A stretch of 64,000 nt of DNA from an uncultured Candidatus Rokubacteria bacterium (GTDB lineage: Bacteria > Methylomirabilota > Methylomirabilia > Rokubacteriales > CSP1-6): positions 384,001 to 448,000 of the forward strand of contig CAVWWD010000008.1 in NCBI GenBank assembly GCA_963758635.1, read 5' to 3'. Positions within the stretch are counted from its first letter, which is position 1. Every line of letters starts with the position of its first letter. Below the pieces are notes generated by a model. It was not told the origin of the DNA, ran no database searches, and saw only the letters and a program-made list of their open reading frames with translations. Below are positions 29,381-39,610 of the stretch, piece after piece. A program made the translations under genes and the position numbers.

Positions 29381-32122
29381 GCCGCCGACGAGGTGGACAC
29401 GGGGTCCGCCATCGCGGGCGCAGGGTGCCGCTTCATCATGCGCAGGGCCACGGGCAGGACGACGAGCGAGGCGATCAGCGCGCACGTCGTGCCGATGGTG
29501 AGGAGGAGCCCGAGGCCGAAGATCCCGCGGTGATGCGACATCATGAGGCTGCCGAAGCCGACGATGGTGGTGACCCCGTTCAGCCCCACCGCCATCACCG
29601 TGCTCCGCGCCACCAGCGGGCCGCCGTGCTCGCGGTGTTCCATCCAGCGCATCACCACGTTGAGGCCGAACTCGAGGGACGAGCCGATGATGAGGGGCAG
29701 GCCCCACACGTTGGCGAGCGTGAACTGCAGGTCGAAGAGCCGCATGAGCCCGAACGTCCACAGGAGCCCGACGGCCAGCGGCATCAGGGCGAGCAGGCTC
29801 TCCCAGACGCGCCGGAGCATCCAGAAGGTCAGGCCGGCGACCAGGATGAACGCGTAGAGCGTGCCCTGCACGTACGCCCGCTCCATGAGGCGGATCGCCT
29901 CGTACGTGATGACGGGCGAGCCCGTGACGTCGGGGTCGACCGACCGGAGCTCGCGCACGAACTGCTCGGCGCCCGCCCGCTCCCAGATGTTGACGCGGGG
30001 CTGGAGCTGGATGAGGAACTTGCCGTTCACGCCGATGAACTTCCGGCGCAGCTCCTCGGGGATGTCGGCGAGGCTCACGGGCCGGGGATTCAGGTTGCGC
30101 TGCAGGCCGTGGAACTTCTCCATGAAGTCGCGGTAGAGCTGCGCCTGGAGGTGGGTGAGGGCCGGCTCGGCCACCTCGCGATCGGACGTTCTCGAGACGC
30201 TTCACGAGAGCGGTGGTGGTGTCGCGCAGCTGCTGGATCTCCGCGGGCAGCGCCTTGGTCGCCTCGCTCGCCGCCAGGTCGAAGCGCCGCTTGAGGTCGC
30301 GCAGCGCCTGGGTGAGCCGGTCCAGGTCCACTGGGCTCGACCGGCTGATGCGGACGGGCGCGACGAGCGGCGCGAAGCTCTTCACGATCGCGATCTTCTC
30401 CTCCTGCGCGTCGGGGATCACCCGCAGCACCGAATCCACCTCCGACACCGAGGGGAGGCGCTCGAAGGCCGCCTGCTTCTGGCGGAGCTCCTCGAGCGTG
30501 TCCGCGGAGGCGAGGCCGTTGAAGCCCGAACGCCCGCTGTTGGCGAGGATGCGGCGCTCCCAGGTCACCGACTCCGTCCCCAGGACCTGGAGGTTGAGCA
30601 GGTTGTAGTCGAAGCTCACGTGGGGGAGCGCCAGCAAGGACGCCGCCGTCACCAGTCCGCTGGCGACGAGGATGGTGCGCGAGAACTGTGACAGGCGCTC
30701 GATCACCGGCACGTGCATGTGCTCGAGCTGGTGGGTGCGCGGGCGCTCCTCGCCGGTGCGGTCGGCGTGGCGGCGGTCGACGATCATGAGCACGGCGGGG
30801 AAGAGCGTCATCATCGCGAGCCACGCGAGGAGGATCGAGATGGCCGAGATGTAGCCCAGCTCCTGGATGCCGCGGAACTCCGTGGCGAGGAGGACGAAGA
30901 ACGTGCCGCCCGCGGTGAGGGCGCCCAGGAGCATCCCGGGGCCGGCACGGGCTCCGGTGAGCTCGAGGGCCTCGCCCAGGCTGCGGCCGAGGAAGATCTC
31001 CTCCTCGTAGCGGAACAGGAGGTAGATCCCGTAGTCGATCCCGATCCCCATGACGATCGAGATGAACATCACGGAGAAGATGCTGAGGTGCCCGACGGTG
31101 AGCGTGATCAGGCCGATGGACCAGCCGAGGCTCACGCCGAGCACGCCCAGCATGAGCAGTGGCTTGCCGACCCGTCCGAACGCCGCGAACATCACGCCGA
31201 GCGTGAGGACGGCGGCGAGGATGGTGGCGACCTGGCTGTCGCCGAAGGCCGCCGTCATCTCGTCGTTGGACAGGACGGGGGCCCCCGTCACCCCCGCCTG
31301 GACCTGCGGAAAGACCGCGCGGAGGCGCCCCACCGCCTCGCGCACCGCCTCGATGGAGCGCTGGTCGCCCATGAAGCTGCGCTTGTCGCCCTTGGGCGAC
31401 TCGACGAGGACGAACAGCAGGCTCTTGTCCTCGGACAGGAAGTATCCGGCATCGGCCTCGGGCGGCCCGTCCACCGAGAACATCGTGCCCCAGGGCGAGC
31501 GGTACGGCGTGGGCCGGTCGAGCCGCTGGGTGATCTGCTCGAGGAGGACGCTCAGGAAGCGAGTGTCGACGACCTGCCCGTCGGCCAGCCCCACGTCGAA
31601 CAGGTGGGCCACGAAGCTCTGGGCGAACTCCGCGTTGATGCTCTCCACGAGCTGGGCCAGGCTCGGGTCGGAGGCGAAGTTCTCCATGAACTCCTGGTGG
31701 TCGAAGATCTTGTCGCGGATCTCGCTGAGCTTCTCCTTCGACAGGTACAGGAGCTGGCGGCCCTCGAAGCGCTTGGGGTCGATGCGGTAGTGGACCCGGT
31801 CGAACTTCACCGGCCCGGAGCGCAGCTCGTGCACGAGACGGCTCGCGTACGCCTTGGCCGCCTCGAAGGTGCGCGCCTCGACCACGACCACGATGTCCTC
31901 GAGCTCGCCGAACTCGCGCGCGTACTCCACGTAGCGGCGCACGTACCCGGCGTCCTGGGGGAGGACGTCGCGTCCGGAGGTCTTGAAGCTGAGGGCGTGG
32001 AGCGTGTAGCCGATGCCCGCGGCGGCGAGGATGACCCAGACCGCCACCGTCCACCACGGACGCCGACACGACAGCCGCACCAGTCGCTGCAAGGCTCGGC
32101 CGGTCCTGGAAATGACGATCAT
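29377..32122 (-). CDS. hpnN: MMPL/RND transporter, HpnN-like (apparent frameshift ~30180)
   Basis: Two membrane repeats (GVTGAPVL...GIGIDYGIY; VTGSPVI...TTIVGFGSL), FDYNLLNLQ, and hopanoid cluster context. Confidence 0.8.
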
Positions 32123-32146
32123 GGCTGGGTCGTTGGCAACTCGCCC

Positions 32147-32155
32147 AGTGTAGCA
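32147..32155 (-). promoter_or_regulatory. Putative extended -10 (TGcTACACT) upstream of the hpnN-like gene
   Basis: TGnTAnnnT 24 nt before ATG 32122. Confidence 0.45.
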
Positions 32156-32212
32156 CCCGGGCGCGGCGCCTCCGCCAAACGACGGACGAGCGCCCGCGCG
32201 ACGACGGCGCGC

Positions 32213-33286
32213 TTACTCCGCGCCGGAGATGAAGCGCTCCAGGCGCTCGCGGGCGTCGTCGTCCGCCCACTGCTCGGGCGGCGACTTCATGAGGTAGGCG
32301 GAGGGGGCGCGCAGCGCGCCCTTGATGCCGCGATCCATCGCCATCTTGCAGCAGCGGATGGCGTCGATGACAACGCCGGCGGAGTTCGGCGAGTCCCAGA
32401 CCTCGAGCTTCAGCTCCACGTTGATGGGCTGATCGCCGAAGCCGCTGCCTTCCAGGCGGATGTGGGCCCACTTGCGGTCGGCGAGCCACGGCACGTAGTC
32501 GCTCGGCCCGATGTGGATGGCGTCGTCCGCCATGTCGTGGGCGAGCTGCGAGCGCACGGCGTCGGTCTTGGAGATCTTCTTGGACTGCAGGCGCTGCCGC
32601 TCGAGCATGTTGTAGAAGTCCATGTTGCCGCCGACGTTGAGCTGGCTCGTGCGGTCCAGGCGCACGCCACGGTCCATGAACAGCCGCGTGAGCACCCGGT
32701 GCACGATGGTGGCGCCCACCTGGGACTTCACGTCGTCGCCCACGATCGGCAGCCCACGCTCCTCGAATCGCCGCCGCCAGTAGCTCTCGCGCGCGATGAA
32801 GACGGGGATGCAGTTGACCATGCCGCAGCCGGCCTCCAGCACCTGCTCCACGTACCACTTGGTGGCCATCTCGCTGCCCACGGGGAGGAAGTTCACCACC
32901 ACGTCGGTCCGCGTCTCGCGCAGGATGCCCGCGATGTCCGCGGTGGTGCCCGGCGCCTTGGTGATGACCTGCGAGAGGTAGTGGCCGAGCCCGTCGTGAG
33001 TCATGCCGCGCTGGACGGTGACGCCGAGCGACGGCACCTCGGCGAAGCGCACGGTGTTGTTCGGCGCGGCGCCGATGGCCACGGACAGGTCGGCGCCCAC
33101 CTTGTTGGCGTCCACGTCGAAGGCCGCGGAGAACTCGATGTCCCCCACGTGGTAGTCGCCGAGCCGCGGCCGCATCAAGCCGGGGATGAAGCCCTCATCG
33201 GGCGCCTCGCGATAGTAGTGCGTCCCCTGCACGAGCGCCGAGGCGCAGTTGCCCACTCCGATGATGGCGACGCGAACCGCTCCCAC
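32213..33286 (-). CDS. ino1: myo-inositol-1-phosphate synthase
   Basis: [51 protein letters not shown] and YLMKSPP; RBS AAGGAGG. Confidence 0.95.
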   Translation of the reverse strand: MGAVRVAIIGVGNCASALVQGTHYYREAPDEGFIPGLMRPRLGDYHVGDIEFSAAFDVDANKVGADLSVAIGAAPNNTVRFAEVPSLGVTVQRGMTHDGLGHYLSQVITKAPGTTADIAGILRETRTDVVVNFLPVGSEMATKWYVEQVLEAGCGMVNCIPVFIARESYWRRRFEERGLPIVGDDVKSQVGATIVHRVLTRLFMDRGVRLDRTSQLNVGGNMDFYNMLERQRLQSKKISKTDAVRSQLAHDMADDAIHIGPSDYVPWLADRKWAHIRLEGSGFGDQPINVELKLEVWDSPNSAGVVIDAIRCCKMAMDRGIKGALRAPSAYLMKSPPEQWADDDARERLERFISGAE

Positions 33287-33351
33287 TGTGAAGCCTCCTT
33301 GATGAGTGGCGCTGCGATACGTGGCACTGCCCGCCGAACGTCTGGAGTCTA

Positions 33352-34368
33352 TCACACGGGCCGGCCGACGCCCGGGGGGACCGCGGGACGGGCCGAGTGG
33401 AGCGCGAGGAACGCGAGGCCCACGAGCACCCACGCGATCTCCCGCAGGCGCCGGATCAGCGTGTACGAGAGGCCGACCGCGCCCCCGAGGCCGAAGGCGG
33501 CGAAGATGGCGATGTTGCCGCCCTCGAGCGCGCCCAGCGATCCCGGCACCATGAAGCTCGCGAACTTGACCGCCGCGCCGAACGACTCGATGACCACCGC
33601 GGTGAGGAGCGACACCGGGATCCCGAGCAGGTTGAGCACGATGTAGATCTCGAGGCTGCCCACCACGTAGGCGACGGCGTGGACGAGGATGGCGGAGGCG
33701 ATCCGCCGCCGGCCGCGGTAGAAGCCCGCGAGGGCGCGGTCTAGCCCCTCGAGCTTTTCCTGCCGCGCCGCGCTCGGCCCCATCCCGAAGCGGGCGAGGA
33801 GACGTCCCCCGCGTCCGGCCAGCCCCTGGAGCTGCGCGACCACGAACCCGCCGACGGCCAGCACCTCGACGGCGAGCAGCACGAGCATGCTCGTCATCAC
33901 CGGCGAGTGCGCGGGCGCGAGCGACGAGCCGAGGGCCAGGACCAGGCCCAGGGCGAGGAACATGCCTTGCCCGAGGACCATCGCCGTCTTGTCGACCACC
34001 ACGGAGGCGAGGCCGAGCGGCAGCGGGACCCACGCGCGCAGGAGATACGCCTTCACCGGCTCGCCGCCCACCGACGCGGTCGGCGTGGTGATGTTCACGG
34101 CTTCGCCGGCGAGCCGGGCCGCCCAGAGCCGGGAGAAGGGCGCGGGCGGCGCCGCGAAGAGGAGCCGCCAGCCGAGCGTGTCCAGCGTGGTGGACAGCGC
34201 GTACGGGAAGCAGATCACCAGGACGAGCCACCACGAGAGCGCGCGCAGCGACTCCCAGACCGCGCCGGGGCCGATCTGCCAGACCATGTATCCCACCACG
34301 CCGACGCCGGCGATCAGCAGGAGGAGCCGGCCCAGCCGCATCAACGGCCGGGCCGCCGTCGGCGTCAT
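33352..34368 (-). CDS. Lysylphosphatidylglycerol-synthase TM / flippase-like protein (HpnL-like)
   Basis: [31 protein letters not shown] and RRLRE. Confidence 0.8.
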   Translation of the reverse strand: MTPTAARPLMRLGRLLLLIAGVGVVGYMVWQIGPGAVWESLRALSWWLVLVICFPYALSTTLDTLGWRLLFAAPPAPFSRLWAARLAGEAVNITTPTASVGGEPVKAYLLRAWVPLPLGLASVVVDKTAMVLGQGMFLALGLVLALGSSLAPAHSPVMTSMLVLLAVEVLAVGGFVVAQLQGLAGRGGRLLARFGMGPSAARQEKLEGLDRALAGFYRGRRRIASAILVHAVAYVVGSLEIYIVLNLLGIPVSLLTAVVIESFGAAVKFASFMVPGSLGALEGGNIAIFAAFGLGGAVGLSYTLIRRLREIAWVLVGLAFLALHSARPAVPPGVGRPV

Positions 34369-35570
34369 GCGGGGTGGCCCGCCCGGCCGGCCTCCGCCCC
34401 GTGCGCCCGCCGCAGGTGCGCCAGGCACGCGAGCCAGTAGCATTGCGAACCCGTCGCCACGAGCACGGCGAGAGCGGGCAGGAGCGACGGGACGGCGCCA
34501 CGCAGCGCGACGAACACGAGGAGGACGGCGTAGAAGAGGTCGCGGTTGCCCATGTGCCGGAGGGCGCCGCCCAGGCTGGGTCCCACCTCGATCTCCCGCG
34601 GGAGCTTCCGCGCGAGCAGCGCGGAGAGGGTGACGCCGCTCGCCGCGGCCACGCCCACGCCGGCCATGACGGGGCCGCCCGCGGTCACGGCCATGGCCAG
34701 CACGAGCGAGGCGTGGATGACGGTGTCCACGAGCCAGTCGAGATGCGCGCCGAGGCGGGACTCGCGGAACGTCAGGCGGGCCAGCTCGCCGTCCGAGTGG
34801 TCGACGATGCTCGCGAGCGCGTACAGGACGACGCCGGCGGCCGCGCTCGCCGCCGTGGCGTGCCACAGGGCCCAGGCCGCGGCGAGCCCGAGGGCGAGGC
34901 TCGCGAGGCTCACCTGGTTCGGCGTCACCGGCGTGCGCACGAGGAGGCTCGTGAGCGCGCGCGAGACGCGGCGGTGGAGGAAGCGGTCCACCCCGGTGTC
35001 GCCGTCGGTGCCCATCGCGCGGAAGAGCGCGTCCTCGGCCGCGCGCGCTCCACCGTCGCCGACCTCGACGGGGGCGCCCGCCGCGGGCATCGTGACGAAC
35101 GCGACGCTCTCGACGTGACGGGTCAGCTCCTCGCCGACCGCTTCCCCCGCGGCGAGCCGGTCCCAGAGCTTCTGCACCGGGCCCGGCGCCACCGCGACGA
35201 CCGGGGCGCCGCGGGCGGCCGTGCCCTCGAGCACCGCGCCCTCCCCCTCGCTCCCGCGCGCGAGGAGGGCGCGGAGCGTGGCGGGCGGCACCAGCGTCGA
35301 GACGGGCACGAGCAGGCACGGGGCGTCCGTGAAGACGGGGTCCGCGTCGGCGCCCGCCTCCAGCCACCGCACGGTGCGAGCCGCCGCGGGCACGCGGGCC
35401 AGCTCGGCGGCGAGCCGGCCCCGGGCGAGCTCGCGGGGGACGCCGACGGCGGTGGCGCCCGCCCGGGTTGCCGCCATCACCGCGCGGAGCGCGAGGGAGC
35501 GGCCGGCGACGGGGCGCGCGGCCAGGGCTGGGTCGGCGGCATCGGGCACGTAGACGATGGCGGCCGCCAA
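34365..35570 (-). CDS. CDP-alcohol phosphatidyltransferase family with N-terminal NTP-transferase-like domain (start TTG 35570 inferred)
   Basis: VTPNQVS and [12 protein letters not shown]...GAHLDWLVD; paralog of 23174..24346. Confidence 0.85.
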   Translation of the reverse strand: MAAAIVYVPDAADPALAARPVAGRSLALRAVMAATRAGATAVGVPRELARGRLAAELARVPAAARTVRWLEAGADADPVFTDAPCLLVPVSTLVPPATLRALLARGSEGEGAVLEGTAARGAPVVAVAPGPVQKLWDRLAAGEAVGEELTRHVESVAFVTMPAAGAPVEVGDGGARAAEDALFRAMGTDGDTGVDRFLHRRVSRALTSLLVRTPVTPNQVSLASLALGLAAAWALWHATAASAAAGVVLYALASIVDHSDGELARLTFRESRLGAHLDWLVDTVIHASLVLAMAVTAGGPVMAGVGVAAASGVTLSALLARKLPREIEVGPSLGGALRHMGNRDLFYAVLLVFVALRGAVPSLLPALAVLVATGSQCYWLACLAHLRRAHGAEAGRAGHPA

Positions 35571-35576
35571 CCCTAA

Positions 35577-35654
35577 CAAGCCCCGCGCATCAGACACATG
35601 CCGAGCGGTGGGATTGTAGAGGCCCGTGGCGGTCACCGTATTCTGCGAGGGTCA
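35577..35654 (-). mobile_element. 78-bp MITE-like element, family C
   Basis: Homologous to 39533-39610 and 61631-61709. Begins TGACCCTCGCAG, and that TGA is the stop of the upstream gene. Confidence 0.75.
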
Positions 35655-36395
35655 TGAGTCCCGGAGCCGCTCGATCAGGGGAAGCACGACGGTCTCGGCG
35701 CGACGGAGGTCCTCCTCGAAGTCGATCTCCGTCCACGGCAGCCCGGTCACGTCCGCCCACCCCACGGGGACCTCGGCGAGGAGCGCGTGCAGCGCGTCCT
35801 CGTACTCGTTGATGCCGCCGCTCTCCTCGATCGCGCCGGCGAGCCGTGAGAGGTACGCCGCGGCGTGAGCGTGGCTGCACTTGAAGAAGCCGACGCCCTC
35901 GCCCACGACGTCCCAGCGGGCGGGCACGACCTTCTTGCCAAGGGCGACGACCCGATCGCCCACGCCGTAGAGCTTCACCTCCTCACCGGTGTCGCTGAAG
36001 CTCCGGTCGAGGAGGAGCGCGCTCGCCGCCGGCGCCTCGAGGAGGCGGCGGAGGAGGCACGGCGGGAAGAGCACGTCGGCGTCCATCACCAGGGTGTCGC
36101 CTGCGGCCAGTGTCGCCCGCGCCGCCCAGAGCGAGAGGATCGAGCCCTTCGCGTACGCGGAGTTCTCGACGAAGCGGATCCGCATCGTGCCCCGCCGGTC
36201 GCCCGCCTCGGCGCGGACCTGGTCCTGGCAATGCCCGACGACGAGGACCGTCTCCTCGATCCGCTCGGCGGCCAGGGCCTCCAGCATGCGGTCGAGCAGC
36301 GAGCGCCCGCCCACGCGCAGCAGGCACTTGTTGGTGCCGTCGGTGAGGGGCGCGAGCCGGCGGGCCGCTCCCGCGGCCAGGATCACGGCCTTCAT
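35652..36395 (-). CDS. Phosphocholine/inositol-phosphate cytidylyltransferase-like nucleotidyltransferase
   Basis: KAVILAAG..RRL.P.T...KCLL, MDADV, EEVK and WTEIDFEEDL. Confidence 0.85.
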   Translation of the reverse strand: MKAVILAAGAARRLAPLTDGTNKCLLRVGGRSLLDRMLEALAAERIEETVLVVGHCQDQVRAEAGDRRGTMRIRFVENSAYAKGSILSLWAARATLAAGDTLVMDADVLFPPCLLRRLLEAPAASALLLDRSFSDTGEEVKLYGVGDRVVALGKKVVPARWDVVGEGVGFFKCSHAHAAAYLSRLAGAIEESGGINEYEDALHALLAEVPVGWADVTGLPWTEIDFEEDLRRAETVVLPLIERLRDS

Positions 36396-36426
36396 GGGGA
36401 CTCCTCGCGCCCCGATCGGGGCCGCG

Positions 36427-37086
36427 CTACTGCGTCTTGGCCTTGCCGCGACCGCCCTTGTCGTCCTCCAGCTCGCCCTCGCCCTGCTTGGCCTTGAGGC
36501 GCCGCACGAGCTCGCCGTACGACGAGGTCTGGATGATCTTGTTGAACTGGGTGCGGTAGTTCGACACGAGGCTCACGCCCTCGATGCTGACGTCGTAGAC
36601 CAGCCAGCGCTCGCCCCGGCGCAGGAGGCGGTAGTCGATGGGCGCCTCCGTCCCGTTCTTCGTCACGATCTTGGTGCCCACCACGGCCTGGTCGCCGTCC
36701 ACGCGCTCCGTGGCGTAGACGATCTTCTCGCCCCCGTACAGCTCGATCTTGGAGACGTAGGAGCGCTCGAGGAGGTCGCTGAACAGCGCCACGAACTCCT
36801 CGCGCTCCTGATCGGTGCGGCCCTGCCAGTGGCGTCCGAGCGAGCGCTTGGCGAGCTCGGGGAAGTCGAAGAGCTCGTTGGCGATCTTGCGCACGGCCAC
36901 GCGGCGCTCCGCCGCGTTGGCCTCGCCCTTCATGGCAGGGTTGTCCATCGTCTTGAGGACGCGCTCGATGGATCCCTTGAGCTGGTCGGTGGGGACCCCC
37001 GCGCCGGCGGGAACGCCGGACGAGAGGAGCAGGACGACCGCGGAGAAGGCCATCGAGATCGCGCGGATCGGACGCATGCGGCTCAT
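36427..37086 (-). CDS. MlaC/HpnM family periplasmic lipid-binding protein
   Basis: Signal peptide, FDFPELAKRSLGRHW and WLVYDVSIEGVSLVSNYRTQF. Confidence 0.9.
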   Translation of the reverse strand: MSRMRPIRAISMAFSAVVLLLSSGVPAGAGVPTDQLKGSIERVLKTMDNPAMKGEANAAERRVAVRKIANELFDFPELAKRSLGRHWQGRTDQEREEFVALFSDLLERSYVSKIELYGGEKIVYATERVDGDQAVVGTKIVTKNGTEAPIDYRLLRRGERWLVYDVSIEGVSLVSNYRTQFNKIIQTSSYGELVRRLKAKQGEGELEDDKGGRGKAKTQ

Positions 37087-37211
37087 TCGAACGACCTCCA
37101 GGCTCGGCGCAAAAGTGGACGACCCCGGGGCCGTCGGTGGCTGATAGTTAAGCACGGACGGCAAGGCCGTCGGGCCGCTTTCGGGTTCGACGTGAGCGGG
37201 TGGCGCCGGCG

Positions 37212-37652
37212 TCAGACCTTCCCGAAGATGTACTTCGACAGCAGCTCCTCGATGTCCACCGGAGGCTCGACCTCGGTCAGGCGCCCGCCGGGCGCGACCA
37301 GCTTGTCCGACCCGCCGGGGTTGATTCGCACGTAGCGCTCGCCGATCAGCCCCTTGGTCTTGATGGACGCGATCGCGTCCTCTTGCAGCTTGACGCCGGC
37401 GCGGATCGTCATCGTGACCCGTGCCTGGTACTCGGCCAGGGTGATCGCGTCGACCCGGCCCACGTCGACGCCCGCGATCTCCACGGGGGCGCCGATCTTG
37501 AGGCCGCCCGTCGTCGGGAAGTCCGCGGTGACCACGTAGCCCCGGGGGCCCAGGATGTCGAGGCGCCCGAGCTTCACCGACACCCAGCCGAGCGCGACGA
37601 GCCCGATGAGGAGGAAGACGCCGACGGCCAGGTCCAGCGTGGAACGCCTCAT
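37212..37652 (-). CDS. mlaD: MlaD (MCE domain) lipid-binding protein
   Basis: GGLKIGAPVEIAGVDVGRV and IKTKGLIGERYVRINPGG. Confidence 0.9.
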   Translation of the reverse strand: MRRSTLDLAVGVFLLIGLVALGWVSVKLGRLDILGPRGYVVTADFPTTGGLKIGAPVEIAGVDVGRVDAITLAEYQARVTMTIRAGVKLQEDAIASIKTKGLIGERYVRINPGGSDKLVAPGGRLTEVEPPVDIEELLSKYIFGKV

Positions 37653-37662
37653 ACAGTGGCCC

Positions 37663-38003
37663 CCTCGATGTCGCCGTCGACCGCTGGAAGCAGGGTGGAA
37701 CGCGTCATGTCATGCCGCCTCGATGTCGACGTCACCGCTGGAAGCAGGGTGGAACGCGTCATGTCATGCCGCCTCGATGTCGACGTGACCGCTGGAAGCA
37801 GGGGGAACGCGTCATGTCATGCCGCCTCGATGTCGACGTCGACCGCTGGAAGCAGGGTGGAACGCGTCATGTCATGCCGCCTCGATGTCGACGTCGACCG
37901 CTGGAAGCAGGGGGAACGCGTCATGTCATGCCGCCTCGATGTCGACGTCGACCGCTGGAAGCAGGGGGGAACGCGTCATGTCATGCCGCCTCGATGTCGC
38001 CGT
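37663..38003. repeat. Tandem array of 6+ copies of a 55-bp unit between mlaF and mlaD
   Basis: Unit CCTCGATGTCGACGTCGACCGCTGGAAGCAGGGTGGAACGCGTCATGTCATGCCG starts at 37663, 37718, 37772, 37825, 37880, 37934 and 37989 (partial). No unique spacers. Confidence 0.95.
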
Positions 38004-38715
38004 GGATGAACTGCCGCACGATGGGATTGCTGGACGACTGGATGTCGTCGGGGCGGCCGGTGGCCACGATGACCCCGTCATGGAGCATGGCCACCCGGTC
38101 GGCAATGGCAAAGATCTCCGGGATCTCGTGGCTCACCATCACCGCGGTGAACCGCGCCTTCCGGTGCAGGTCGCGGATCAGATGGTGGATGGTGTTGACG
38201 AGGATGGGATCGAGCCCGGTGGTGGGCTCGTCGAGGAAGACGATGCCGGGCTCGGTGACGAGCGCGCGCGCGATGGCCACCCGCTTCCGCATCCCGCCCG
38301 AGATCTCCGCCGGGTTCTTGTGCCCCACCCCGCCGAGCCCCACCTGTTCCAGGCGCTCCTCGACGCGGGCCCGGACATCCGCGGCGGGCAGGTTGGTCTT
38401 CTCGCGCAGAGGGAACGCCACGTTGTCGAACACGGTCATCGAATCGAAGAGGGCACCGCCCTGGAACACGACGCCGTACCGCTCGCGGATGCGGTCGAGG
38501 GCGGCGCCGCGGAGCGTGGTGATGTCGGTGCCGTCCACGATCACCTGGCCCGCGTCGGGACGCAGCAGCCCGATCAGGTGCTTGAGGAGCACCGACTTGC
38601 CGCCGCCACTGCGCCCGATGACGACCATGACCTCGCCCGCCGGGACCTCGAGGTCCACCCCGCGGAGCACGGGCTGGGTCCCGAAGGACTTGCGGAGGCC
38701 CTCGACGCGGATCAC
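37981..38715 (-). CDS. mlaF: MlaF ABC ATPase
   Basis: GRSGGGKS, FQGGALFDSMTVFDNV, ISGGMRKRVAIARA, DEPTTGLDP and VSH. Confidence 0.92.
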   Translation of the reverse strand: MIRVEGLRKSFGTQPVLRGVDLEVPAGEVMVVIGRSGGGKSVLLKHLIGLLRPDAGQVIVDGTDITTLRGAALDRIRERYGVVFQGGALFDSMTVFDNVAFPLREKTNLPAADVRARVEERLEQVGLGGVGHKNPAEISGGMRKRVAIARALVTEPGIVFLDEPTTGLDPILVNTIHHLIRDLHRKARFTAVMVSHEIPEIFAIADRVAMLHDGVIVATGRPDDIQSSSNPIVRQFIHGDIEAA

Positions 38716-39528
38716 GGCAGCACCGAGCCGAGAAAGTAGTCCCAGACGAGCACGAGCACGGAGGAGAGGACCACCGCCTCGGTGGTGGCGTGCGCGACGC
38801 CCTCGGCGCCATGGCCGCAGTGGAACCCCTTGTAGGTGCAGACCCAGGTCATGATGAGCCCGAAGCACAGGGACTTCCAGAAGCCGGTCAGGATGTCGGC
38901 CAGGCCGACGAAGCTCTGCATCTCGCCGAAGTAGGTGCCGCTCGACAGGCCGAGGAGCTCGACGCCCACGAGGTAGCCGCCGCCGATGCCGACGGCGTCG
39001 AAGATCGCCGTCATGAGGGGGAAGGTGATGAGCCCCGCGGCGAGCGCGGGCGCGGTGAGGTAGCGCATCGGGCTGAGGGCCATCACGGTGAGGGCATCGA
39101 TCTGCTCGGAGATACGCATGATGCCGATCTCCGCGGTGAGGGCGGAGCCGGCGCGTCCGGTGACGATGAGGGCGCACAGCACCGGGCCCAGCTCGCGGAT
39201 GAGGGCAAGGGCCACCGCGGGACCGAGGAAGGCGTCGGAGCCGAAGCGCGAGAGCACGAGGAAGACCTGCAGCGCGAGCACCATGCCGGTGAAGGTGCCG
39301 GTGAGGACGATGAGGATGAGCGAGCGGTAGCCCACGAAGTGGATCCGCTCGAGGATCCGGCCGACCTTCACGGGCGGCATGACCATGAGAGTCAGCGCCC
39401 CTCGCGAGGAAGAGACCGAACCTGCCGAGGGCCTCGACGGCGTCGAGGCCGGCACGGCCCACCGCCTCCACGCCCCGAAGCGGCAGCGAGGGCGCGGGTC
39501 CGGGCGCCTCGGAACCCCTTGCGTCCAC
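38712..39528 (-). CDS. mlaE: MlaE ABC permease (apparent frameshift ~39400)
   Basis: IRELGPVL.ALIVTGRAGSALTAEIGIMRISEQIDAL and GAEGVAHATT.AVV. Confidence 0.9.
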
Positions 39529-39532
39529 CTAA

Positions 39533-39610
39533 TGAGCCCCGCGCATCAGACTAATGCCGAGCGGTGGGACTAAAGAGGTCCGTGGCGGTTCCCGCATTCT
39601 GCGAGGGTCA
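39533..39610 (-). mobile_element. 78-bp MITE-like element, family C
   Basis: Terminal inverted repeats TGACCCTCGC / GCGGGGCTCA; directly abuts the shc stop codon. Confidence 0.75.

Noticed and set aside
37663..38003. Possible CRISPR array
   Set aside because: Units are contiguous with no unique spacers, derive from the flanking gene ends, and no cas genes are present.
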